Positions 46,108-54,504 of a stretch of DNA of 64,000 nt are shown here, piece by piece. The notes under the pieces are model-generated. The model saw only the letters and a program-made list of their open reading frames with translations. It was not told where the DNA came from and did no database searches. How positions within the stretch are numbered: the first letter of the stretch is position 1; every line of letters begins with the position of its first letter. The position numbers and the translations under genes are program-made. The stretch is taken from positions 10,187-74,186 of the IMG/VR virus record IMGVR_UViG_3300043571_000443; one strand, 5' to 3'. Origin of the DNA: a virus.

Positions 46108-47263
46108 TGAGCAAACCCTTCAGCTCGCTGGACTCCTGGGCCTGGGCTAGAAATTCCTGGTAGACGCTCAGGTAGTCCTGATAGGCATGGTGGGCCTCCT
46201 GAGCGGCGCTGGATAGCGTCTGGCTGCCAGTAGCTAGCGATAGGAAATGGCCGCGCTCCTGGCCACGCTGATACCAAAATTCTAGCGACACCAACCCATT
46301 GCCGCGGTTAGCCTTGCCGCCGATATAGGGACTTTCGGCAAAGCGCAGTAGGGTATCGACTACCCAGCCAGTCTCGATGGCGGTGGTGTGCAGATCCCAG
46401 CGGCTATAGAGCCTGGAACCCGCCATGATCAGCCGGTCGCTGGCGATCATCTGGTCAGACTTTTTGGCCTTATCCTCACCCTTAGCCTTTGACTTGGCCT
46501 CACCCAATAGGCTCATCTGGCCTTCCTCCGTACCGCCTGGGAGGAACTTTTGCAACGCTGGATCGTGGGTACTATCGCGGCGGGTGGTTTGGTCTACCGT
46601 CAGGTACTGGGTCCAGTTGCGCAGCATCTTGCGCAGGTAGGGCAGGTGGTCTGCCTTGGCCTGGCGGTAGACTTCAACCTGCTCAGCCGTAGGTGGCTCA
46701 AACGGATTAGCTGTTAGCCTGTCTTTGTACTCCAGTAGTTCCTGCAGCCTGGGCAGTACATCTGGCGGCAATAGGCCGGGAAATTCCCGGTAGATCAGCT
46801 CCGCCGACTCGTAGCACAGCAGATACGCACTACCCACCGCCAGTCGGCCATGGACCATCTGGGCATTCTTCACCCCAAATACCCCGGCAGGCTTGGCCGT
46901 ACCCAGCACCGACAGCCAGGGCATCAACTGCCGGATGCGGGTGTCCAGGTCCATATCGTTGGCGGTGCTGCCATCAATGCGGCCGCCAGCAAATAGGGTG
47001 TGGTGAACATCTGGCGATACCTGCAGGGCCAGCGCATCCAGCACACTAGCCATGCCACGGCGGCGTAGGATACCATTCCGCAGCGCATTGCCAGAATAGA
47101 CAAAGCAGGAGACCGGGTTCCCCTCCAGGTCCAGCAGCTTGGCCGTCTTGAGGTTACTGACATTGCCTGCTACCTCGCCAATGTGGGACAGCGGGCTTTG
47201 CAGGGTCACCTGGCAGTGCAAGGTGATCCGCTGCCGATCATGGATATCGTAAGCTTCAAACAT
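46100..47263 (-). CDS. csf2: Type IV Csf2 (Cas7 group backbone)
   Basis: TLQSPLSH, YSGNALRNGILRR, LFAGG, TTRRD, IGGKANRGNG. Confidence 0.85.
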   Translation of the reverse strand: MFEAYDIHDRQRITLHCQVTLQSPLSHIGEVAGNVSNLKTAKLLDLEGNPVSCFVYSGNALRNGILRRRGMASVLDALALQVSPDVHHTLFAGGRIDGSTANDMDLDTRIRQLMPWLSVLGTAKPAGVFGVKNAQMVHGRLAVGSAYLLCYESAELIYREFPGLLPPDVLPRLQELLEYKDRLTANPFEPPTAEQVEVYRQAKADHLPYLRKMLRNWTQYLTVDQTTRRDSTHDPALQKFLPGGTEEGQMSLLGEAKSKAKGEDKAKKSDQMIASDRLIMAGSRLYSRWDLHTTAIETGWVVDTLLRFAESPYIGGKANRGNGLVSLEFWYQRGQERGHFLSLATGSQTLSSAAQEAHHAYQDYLSVYQEFLAQAQESSELKGLLNG

Positions 47264-47771
47264 CGGTGGTTACCTCTACGTCGATAGCATCGTCTGGCGC
47301 ATCCTGGCCTAGCGCCCGGTCTTCCTCAAAGCGCAGGCGGCACAGCACCTGAATGATAGCCGCCCGGGTCCGGCATAGCTCAAGCACATCCCACTCGGTA
47401 AAGCCGTCCTTGGCGATCTGCTGCAGCAAGTCCCGCCAGCCGACAAAGACTAGCGCCTCATCCTGGGTCAGCTCCTGGATCTCGCTCAGGTCAGCGTTTA
47501 CCCGTAGGATGCGCTGCTCTGGCTGCACGATGCCGGTCAGTACCGCTGGCCGTAGGTGGCTGATCAAGGCATTGACCAGGCGTTGTAGGTAGTCCTCCAG
47601 CGTGGTGGATACCTCAGCGCTATTCTGGATAGTGGACTCCAGAAAAGTCCAGGTCTTGGTGCCCATGGCTGGACTTTTGGCCCGGTCGCGGCACTTGAAC
47701 ACCCAATAGCTAAGGGCTGCCGCTAGCCCATAGGCGCTATCGGAGGCATTGGAAAAACCGAATTGACTCAT
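47256..47771 (-). CDS. Type IV-B small subunit (Cas11-like)
   Basis: All-helical ~170 aa protein coupled upstream of csf2; TATAAT on the minus strand at 47791-47796. Confidence 0.55.
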   Translation of the reverse strand: MSQFGFSNASDSAYGLAAALSYWVFKCRDRAKSPAMGTKTWTFLESTIQNSAEVSTTLEDYLQRLVNALISHLRPAVLTGIVQPEQRILRVNADLSEIQELTQDEALVFVGWRDLLQQIAKDGFTEWDVLELCRTRAAIIQVLCRLRFEEDRALGQDAPDDAIDVEVTTDV

Positions 47772-47885
47772 AATGCTTGACAAAACTGCCATTATAGTAT
47801 CACAACCCTGGCCAGCCACGACAAAGCCCGCCAGGTGGCCAGCGGGCTGGGGTGGGGGAGTGGGGTGGAGGGGGAGTGTCCTCTT

Positions 47886-48197
47886 TTACTCAAATACGAC
47901 TCGCCGCATCTCCTCTTGCACACCAAGCATTAGTTCTAAAGCTTGGTCAAATGTTCGATTTACTCTGCCCATGCGCTGACGGACATCTGGCTCAACTTCA
48001 GACCCCAAGGCCCTTTTTGCCAATAAATCGAAGATAGCTTCTTCCAAAAGCGCTTGAACGCTAGTATTCTCCTGAGAAGCTATTTCCCGCAGCTTGACGG
48101 AGACCTCTGGATCAAAGCGACCAGCTATCATCTTTTTGTTTCGTCTAGCTTTGTTGGCATCAACATCAAGCATGAAATACAGCTCCATCAGAAACAA
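47886..48197 (-). CDS. Ribbon-helix-helix regulator
   Basis: IAGRFDPEVSVKLREIASQENTSVQALLEEAI. Confidence 0.65.
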   Translation of the reverse strand: MFLMELYFMLDVDANKARRNKKMIAGRFDPEVSVKLREIASQENTSVQALLEEAIFDLLAKRALGSEVEPDVRQRMGRVNRTFDQALELMLGVQEEMRRVVFE

Positions 48198-49413
48198 AAG
48201 TTAGAATTTCGGTCATGTCAGTCAACATCACCCTGTTCTTTTTGGCCATGTTATTCATCCTTGCCATGTTGGGATTTTGGGCCTGCTGAATGCGCCTAGA
48301 GGCATAGGCCTTGTCGTAGAGCGAGTAACCCGCTTGCGTGAAAACACTTTCAACAATGCAAGTAACCGGCAGGATCTTTTTTGTAGAAACATCCCGATAG
48401 TTGGGAGTCATGACAGTGCAAAGCCCTTTGCCCTTTTGAGCCGCTGCACAATTCCTGGCTATGCCTGCCATCGATCTTGCCCACAAGTCAAATTCCATAT
48501 TGGCTATATCGTCAGACCGATCCGAGTACTGGTTGACCACCATGCCATAGTAGGGAATGTCCATCACGATGTAATCAACGTCAGCCACGGGTAGACCTAG
48601 CCTAAGGTCGTTCTGCTGAATCTGATCTGCATAGCGACCCCGGGGGGAAAGGTCGAAGCATCGCAAGTCAATGTCCCATTGGTCGCCAACCATCCATTGA
48701 GCCCGGTTTTCCCAGACGTTTATAATCTGGCCGCTACCCGCCATCGGTGCGACTACCTTAGCGCCCGGAAAGGTGTAATACCAAAGGCAATTTGCGTAAA
48801 TATCCCCTGGGATATAGCCATGGGAATGATCATTCTCCGGCAGCCGATCAAAAGCAACTTGAGAAAAGTTCCAGTTGTCAGTAGGCTTTATGATCGGGCT
48901 AAACTCAGGCTCTTTGCCGGTGCGCGGGTTCAGGTACAAAGGGATATTGTTCTCTATCTTGTACTGCTTGACCACGTTGGTGACAACGGCTGCAGTTGGC
49001 TTTGCCTCTGACGTAAGCACAGCCTCAAGCACCTCTGCCTTTTGCTCTTGACTTAGACCAGATGTAGCTATCGGACGAACAGAGCCTTCAGATAAGCCCA
49101 GCTTATCAATATTGGCTTGAATGATTACAGGATCGGCGTTTTTGGTGACAATTGGCACCGAGTTAACTGTGTCTGCGAACGCAATTGATCTGTTGACATA
49201 GTTGCTGCCTAAGTTCCATCTTTCTTGGCAATAGGCTTCAAAGGTTGTAAACCCCAGGTCTTGATAATGCCGATCGTCCCGGATCTCCTTTAAGGCCATG
49301 GCAAGAATATACAGCTTGCCGATTGCTTCCCCAATGTGATCCTCAAGCTGCTTTAGCCGGTCTTGCTTGCTTAAGCCTGCCCCTGGCGGCAGTTGAGCAA
49401 AAGTCATACTCAT
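48166..49413 (-). CDS. DNA methyltransferase-like protein with N-terminal helical domain
   Basis: VVAPMAGSG (motif I variant) and MDIPYY (DPPY variant); N-terminal LKEIRD...FTTFEAYCQERW phage domain. Confidence 0.6.
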   Translation of the reverse strand: MSMTFAQLPPGAGLSKQDRLKQLEDHIGEAIGKLYILAMALKEIRDDRHYQDLGFTTFEAYCQERWNLGSNYVNRSIAFADTVNSVPIVTKNADPVIIQANIDKLGLSEGSVRPIATSGLSQEQKAEVLEAVLTSEAKPTAAVVTNVVKQYKIENNIPLYLNPRTGKEPEFSPIIKPTDNWNFSQVAFDRLPENDHSHGYIPGDIYANCLWYYTFPGAKVVAPMAGSGQIINVWENRAQWMVGDQWDIDLRCFDLSPRGRYADQIQQNDLRLGLPVADVDYIVMDIPYYGMVVNQYSDRSDDIANMEFDLWARSMAGIARNCAAAQKGKGLCTVMTPNYRDVSTKKILPVTCIVESVFTQAGYSLYDKAYASRRIQQAQNPNMARMNNMAKKNRVMLTDMTEILTFVSDGAVFHA

Positions 49414-51047
49414 TCTGCGTAGTCCTCCGGGTTCTGCTCTTTGCTGATCAGAAACGGAGAAGGAAGCATTCTGGCCTTGACGTAAGTAGGGGAACCGTAA
49501 ACCCTTACAAAGGCATCGCCAGGACAGAACGTTGTAGTTTGACCTGCTGCATAATCATTACCTTCTAGGGCTTTGATCGCCATCGGTTTAGCGCCATGCC
49601 TCATGATGATCCGAGTGTTGCAGTAGTTCACAATGTTGTCAGGTATCTCGGTAAATGCCTGGACACAGAAGAACGAACCTACGTGCTTAGACCTGCCTTT
49701 CCGGGTGATCTCCTCAAAAGCTTTGACAGCAATTTTCCTTAAAGACTCCCCGCCATTAAAGATGTCCTGAGCCTCGTCGATGATATTGGCGATCCATGCC
49801 TCGATCTTGCCGCTGGCCCTTCCCTTAAGCTGGAAGTTAAGGAGAGTCACGGTAAACATTGCATATTCAGACGAAGAGCAATTGGTGACGTTGATGACAT
49901 TAATCCTTCCAGCTTGAAACACCTCAGAATTTTCAAGGAAGTTAGAGTAGTTCTTTTTCTGGATCTTGAGAATACTGGAAGATCCCGCATTGTCCCTATC
50001 AATCCACTTTGGTACCCGGCAAGGCAGCTTATAAGCAGTCGCCAAGATAGCTTGGTGGACATTAGCCCCCTTGAAAATCCCTCGACCCATCTCAGTAAGC
50101 TCTCTACCTCCGTTCTTTTCCCTGGTTACAGTATTGTTGAACCATTCCATGAAGTCCTGGAGAGACCAATATTGATCTTTGTGGTCTTCCGCATAGGCAT
50201 CAAACAGCAAGCCAAAAACAGCCCGCTGCTTGTCGTCGCTATCTCCCGGGAACAGGCAAGTTTCCAGAAGAAACTCTCGGTTAACCTCCGAAAAAGGAAT
50301 GCTGATCACGTTTTCGCCTGGCTTAGGATCGCCAAGTGTCCACATCTGGACAACCTCTTCAGGAAATCCAGCCGGATCTGGCCCAAAATCGTTAGGACTC
50401 GTCAAATCCTGATAGTCAGGCTTATGATCGAGCATAAATACACAGTGGCCGGGATAGGTGCCATTAGCTTCAAACCCATTCAGAACAGATACTATTCGGC
50501 CGACTGTCTCCGTTTTACCGCTGCCAATGGTACCCGCAACTATCGCATTATGGTCAATGACCCGTTTATTAAGCGCTACAGGAATTTCAGTGCCGTCAAT
50601 ATGCCCGATGACGTTAGAAGCCTTGGCCTTAGGAAGCCTGAGAGCAACTGTTACATTTAACTCGCAGGCCTTTACCGCCTTCAATCCGTCCTTTGGACGG
50701 TAAAGTATAGGGGAAGCAACGCCGTCCACAATCATCCCAATAGGTTCCGTCACATACATCTGGACAGTGCTGCCAAGAAAACTTTGCTCTAGCTTTCCAG
50801 CGGCTACTCTGCTCATGGCTGCTGTTAATCTAGGATCTTTCCGGTCCAGTCCACCCAACGGCAAGTTCCTGTTAGGTTCTTTAACGACTAAAACCCAAGT
50901 GTCCTTGTCGCTAGAGATCTGCAGAAAAGTGTTGACAGGAATAAAAACATTGGACTTTTTGTCAAAAGACAATAGTTTTATGACTGCAGCATCAGTACCT
51001 TCTTCGTCAGACCAAACAATCAATGCGTTTAATGGATCAGAAGACAT
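49410..51047 (-). CDS. herA: HerA-like (DUF87) ATPase
   Basis: Walker A AGTIGSGKT, LDHKPDY, Walker B IIDEAQ, arginine finger RKGRS. Confidence 0.8.
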   Translation of the reverse strand: MSSDPLNALIVWSDEEGTDAAVIKLLSFDKKSNVFIPVNTFLQISSDKDTWVLVVKEPNRNLPLGGLDRKDPRLTAAMSRVAAGKLEQSFLGSTVQMYVTEPIGMIVDGVASPILYRPKDGLKAVKACELNVTVALRLPKAKASNVIGHIDGTEIPVALNKRVIDHNAIVAGTIGSGKTETVGRIVSVLNGFEANGTYPGHCVFMLDHKPDYQDLTSPNDFGPDPAGFPEEVVQMWTLGDPKPGENVISIPFSEVNREFLLETCLFPGDSDDKQRAVFGLLFDAYAEDHKDQYWSLQDFMEWFNNTVTREKNGGRELTEMGRGIFKGANVHQAILATAYKLPCRVPKWIDRDNAGSSSILKIQKKNYSNFLENSEVFQAGRINVINVTNCSSSEYAMFTVTLLNFQLKGRASGKIEAWIANIIDEAQDIFNGGESLRKIAVKAFEEITRKGRSKHVGSFFCVQAFTEIPDNIVNYCNTRIIMRHGAKPMAIKALEGNDYAAGQTTTFCPGDAFVRVYGSPTYVKARMLPSPFLISKEQNPEDYAE

Positions 51048-51049
51048 GG

Positions 51050-52156
51050 TTATTTCCCTCTAAAATCGTCACTGTCAATCAAATCGAAAGCCTGGCCAGG
51101 GTTATGTTCCATCACCACTGACTCAAGCCTGGCCTGCACACTACTCCTGTCATGGCAGCCATCTAGAAAAGCATCTACATGGTCAAGCAAGAAAGGAATC
51201 TCGTGTCCAGGCGTATCAGAACGCTCCCCGTACATCATTGCCAACGCCCAATGCAGCTGATCAATGCGACACTCGAAACCGAAATACTTAGACTGCCCTG
51301 TAGTTGGATTACCTGGACGATACACACCCCTGCAATATTTGGCGGGCACCCGCTCCATCCATGCAGCCTTGTTCTTAGACGAAGCCCAGGTTTTATTCCT
51401 TTTCTGAAGCAGAGTCCGGCAATCCGTTATGATGTAAGCCTCTCCATCTTTAAGCACCTGCCCAGAAATCTGCTCCTCAGGAGAAGAGGCAGATAAATTC
51501 TTGATCACACCAACCACACGCTTGCCAGACTTCAAGATTTTTTCTGTCAGCTTTTCCCCATCTGGCTGAGTAATCAAATTCTGAGTAAGGATGGGGCCGT
51601 CTACAATAACCGACTGGCTAGAACAGTTAAGAGCCAGCTCCCTCTCTTTGTACTCTCGGAACGTGTTAGGCCACGACCTGTCTTGAATGGTCAACGACTC
51701 AATCAACTGATCAAAGGAAAAACCTTTTTTGCCAGCTAAAGCTGGGGTCGCCTGCGCTCTAAACACTTGAGGGTCAGACATGCTAGTGGTGTACCCTATG
51801 CCAGCGACAATAACCTCATAAAACTGCCCAACCAAAGTCTGAATCAAGGGACTGTCGGTCGCATCTATTGCAAAAAGATCGTCCCTATACTGCTGAATTT
51901 CAGGATCGTAGTAGTCAAACCAATCTTGCAGGTTGCAAAGAAATCCAACATCAGGCAAAGAATCCTTAGAAGATTCGTTCCACTGATCTGGGGTCATAAA
52001 GCAACCCTCGACAAAATGCCTCATCTCTGCCAATGCAGGCTGCGACCTTTCAAACAAATCCAGTACTTCTGCGGTCTGATAATGCAACGGATCGTTGTAA
52101 ACGTCGTCAGTAATGTCTTTGCAGCCTGCAAGAATCTTTGAAAACTCAGACGCCAT
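51050..52156 (-). CDS. nurA: NurA-like nuclease
   Basis: FAIDAT, VIVDGPI, VVGVIKN and IPFLLDHVD motifs; directly upstream of herA. Confidence 0.65.
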   Translation of the reverse strand: MASEFSKILAGCKDITDDVYNDPLHYQTAEVLDLFERSQPALAEMRHFVEGCFMTPDQWNESSKDSLPDVGFLCNLQDWFDYYDPEIQQYRDDLFAIDATDSPLIQTLVGQFYEVIVAGIGYTTSMSDPQVFRAQATPALAGKKGFSFDQLIESLTIQDRSWPNTFREYKERELALNCSSQSVIVDGPILTQNLITQPDGEKLTEKILKSGKRVVGVIKNLSASSPEEQISGQVLKDGEAYIITDCRTLLQKRNKTWASSKNKAAWMERVPAKYCRGVYRPGNPTTGQSKYFGFECRIDQLHWALAMMYGERSDTPGHEIPFLLDHVDAFLDGCHDRSSVQARLESVVMEHNPGQAFDLIDSDDFRGK

Positions 52157-52251
52157 CTATAAAACTCCAGTCTGCGTACTGTCAACAAAGTCATGCTAAC
52201 ACAACTAAGCTTAAAGTTGGCGGCTATTATTTGGATTTTATAACTTTTGGG

Positions 52252-52506
52252 TTCCCCCACCCCTGTGGGGCCTGCACCATCTGGTTGAACCACCCCCACC
52301 GCAGCGGGGCAGTTAACGCCCTTCAGCAGGACACACCCCCACCCCGTGGGGCCTCTGAAAAGCTACCGATCCACCCCCACCATCATGGGACACCATAACC
52401 CTGTAGGAGTCACCCCCACCCGGTGGGGCACAGGAGCTAAACCGATCAACTCCCACCGCAGTGGGGCCTTTATCCCGAGTGACTCACCCCCACCAGCGTG
52501 GGGCCT
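52252..52506 (-). repeat. Seven-unit hairpin array (period about 37-43 bp) with I-E-like repeats and short linkers
   Basis: CACCCCCACC-N2-3-GTGGGGC(C) units at about 52254, 52291, 52334, 52372, 52411, 52448 and 52485, with non-identical linkers. Confidence 0.8.
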
Positions 52507-52509
52507 GGC

Positions 52510-52707
52510 CTACGCCGCGTCCTGCTGCTCTCCCTCCTCCATTACCACCACGGGCTCTAGCACCTGCCGGGCCAGGGCCTGCATGGCTGGCGGGGCGTCT
52601 GGCTGGGCTAGCACCAGGGCGGCTAGCTCCTTGGCCGCAGCCTGGGCGGCTTTGGTGCGGGCAATGCCCTTGCGGAAAATAGCCTTCGACTGTGCAGTTA
52701 GTTGCAT
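52510..52707 (-). CDS. Hypothetical protein
   Basis: Last gene of the replication operon; the array starts right after its stop codon. Confidence 0.5.
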   Translation of the reverse strand: MQLTAQSKAIFRKGIARTKAAQAAAKELAALVLAQPDAPPAMQALARQVLEPVVVMEEGEQQDAA

Positions 52708-52709
52708 GG

Positions 52710-52937
52710 CTACTTCCCTCCCAGGCTAAAGGGCGAGGTCCGCCTGTCCTCAGCCAGTATCCGCAGGCTCAATGCCAACGATACCCCTGGCTCTGACCTG
52801 GGCATCAGCGCTGCCACAGCTTGCAGGTTCTCCGGGCTGGCCTGCTCTAGCAGGTAGCCGATAGCGACTTCCACCAGCTTGCTGGTTTCTTCAGGGTTGG
52901 CGGTGCAATAGGCCGCCAGTTGTCGGGCTAAGTTCAT
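52710..52937 (-). CDS. Hypothetical protein
   Basis: Coupled within the operon. Confidence 0.5.
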   Translation of the reverse strand: MNLARQLAAYCTANPEETSKLVEVAIGYLLEQASPENLQAVAALMPRSEPGVSLALSLRILAEDRRTSPFSLGGK

Positions 52938-53170
52938 GGTCGTGGCTCTTGATCAGGGCAAGTATCGTCAGTTGGTGGGCCGTAGGGGCGCACCGCACAG
53001 GGCAGATAAAACCGGCTGCTAAGGTTGTGGTACTGGCAGCCCAGACAAACGTCTGGGGCTATAGCTTTCCGGCAGTGGCCTACGGTGCTAGGCATGGCCA
53101 GCGCCCGGCCATTGTTGCGGTGGCGTTGCATCCGGCGCAGTAGGCCGATCAGGCGATAGGCTTCACTCAT
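52934..53170 (-). CDS. Small Cys-rich protein
   Basis: CLGCQYH...CAVRPYGP...C motif. Confidence 0.5.
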   Translation of the reverse strand: MSEAYRLIGLLRRMQRHRNNGRALAMPSTVGHCRKAIAPDVCLGCQYHNLSSRFYLPCAVRPYGPPTDDTCPDQEPRP

Positions 53171-53384
53171 GGCACGCCTCCCAGTCGGCGCATTGGTTCC
53201 AGATGGCTGGCCCGCCAGGGTAAAGGCCACAGTACAGCGCCACCCCGAATTCTTTCTTGCCGTGGTAGTGGCGGCAGCTATAGCAAGCCGCTGGCCTTGG
53301 CACTAGCTCGACGGTCATGGGTAGCAAGTCCTGGTTCCTCACACCGCCACCTCCTGACGGCAGTTGTAGACCGGACTGCGCCAA
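53163..53384 (-). CDS. Small Cys-rich protein (paralogous motif)
   Basis: CYSCRHYHG...CGLYPGGP...C; start uncertain. Confidence 0.5.
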   Translation of the reverse strand: MAQSGLQLPSGGGGVRNQDLLPMTVELVPRPAACYSCRHYHGKKEFGVALYCGLYPGGPAIWNQCADWEACHE

Positions 53385-53674
53385 TAGGCTGGCGGCGCAT
53401 AGCCAGCTTGGGACTCGAACACTAGCCGCCCGCTAAAAGACAGCTCGTAAAACAGCGTGTACTGCTCTAGCGGCCAGGGCCAGGGCTTGCCGGGGGGAAC
53501 CAGCATGTCGCCCCACTTACGCCACAGCCAGACAGCGGCAGCAGCCGCTGGATCCGGCTCTTCGCTAAAGTCAGGGATCTGGCACTCGAAGCTTTGAGAC
53601 ATTCCAGGCTCAGTGGCAACAACCACATGCACTGGCAGAAAAGGTAATGGCATGATTAATCTCCACAAAAACAA
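53339..53674 (-). CDS. Hypothetical protein
   Basis: Within the operon. Confidence 0.45.
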   Translation of the reverse strand: MFLWRLIMPLPFLPVHVVVATEPGMSQSFECQIPDFSEEPDPAAAAAVWLWRKWGDMLVPPGKPWPWPLEQYTLFYELSFSGRLVFESQAGYAPPAYWRSPVYNCRQEVAV

Positions 53675-54504
53675 GATTGTCGATTGTCGTCAAAAACGTC
53701 TAACACTGGCTGGCGCAGGATTTCGGCCAATGGACGGGTGCCAAAACTAGCCCCAACCCGCTCTTCCTGTGCTAGCCACCATTGCAAGTTTTCGGGTTCC
53801 AACACGGCTTGGCGTTGCAGCTGCACCGCTGTATGGTGAAAGCAAAAACGACAGTTGCTAATTTCAGGGAACACCCAGCCCTTACGGTTCCAGAATTGGC
53901 GGATAGTGTTGTGGCTGATCCTGTCGTTGTACAAAGGAAACTGGGGCACTCGCCATTCGACGGTGGTATACTGCCAGCGCTTATCAGGCGTTAGCCCACA
54001 AGCCACTGGCGCTTTTACCTTGTCGTTGTCGCAGTTCCAGCCTTCTACCCGTCTGGGTTCATCCCACCTAAAGCCAATATTCATCAGCACCGGATCGCGG
54101 TCCCACCAAAACCGCCATACATGCCAAAAGATCGGCATGATCTTTTGCTGAATAGTGCAGAACCGCAACCGCTTATTAGGTAGCATCGGGCCACCTGAAC
54201 GGCAGCCAGGAAGATCGGTTTGTTGCGAAACAAACCGATCTAGGCTGTATTCTGCCGCCACCCATTGGATCGGCTTGCCTAGCTCTTGCTCTAGCCTTAG
54301 GACATTGACCAAAGTCTGGTCAGCTTCATGGGTAGCAATAAAGCCAGGAATCCTAGCCTGAGCCTCCCGCAGCAGGCCAGAATCCTTAGGTGCTGATGGC
54401 GCATGGTCAGTCAGGACTACTGAAAAAATGTAGTAGTCCGTTGGGTAGTGAAACGCCATATAAGCGCTCGTCTTGCCGCCGCTGACTGATGTAACGCTTT
54501 TCAT
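53656..54504 (-). CDS. PAPS-reductase-like (PP-loop) phage protein
   Basis: SVSGGKTS, RFCT...K, IGFRWDE, SNCRFCF. Confidence 0.75.
   Translation of the reverse strand: MKSVTSVSGGKTSAYMAFHYPTDYYIFSVVLTDHAPSAPKDSGLLREAQARIPGFIATHEADQTLVNVLRLEQELGKPIQWVAAEYSLDRFVSQQTDLPGCRSGGPMLPNKRLRFCTIQQKIMPIFWHVWRFWWDRDPVLMNIGFRWDEPRRVEGWNCDNDKVKAPVACGLTPDKRWQYTTVEWRVPQFPLYNDRISHNTIRQFWNRKGWVFPEISNCRFCFHHTAVQLQRQAVLEPENLQWWLAQEERVGASFGTRPLAEILRQPVLDVFDDNRQSCFCGD

Noticed and set aside
43059-47771. Type III or type I CRISPR-Cas assignment
   Set aside because: No Cas10, Cas3, Cas1 or Cas2; the Zn-finger Csf1 plus cysH and a small subunit fit type IV-B better.
52252-52506. TIGR-Tas-type array (period near 36 nt)
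   Set aside because: The period is irregular (about 37-43 bp), no box C/D-like motifs were seen, and no Nop-domain protein was recognised in the window.
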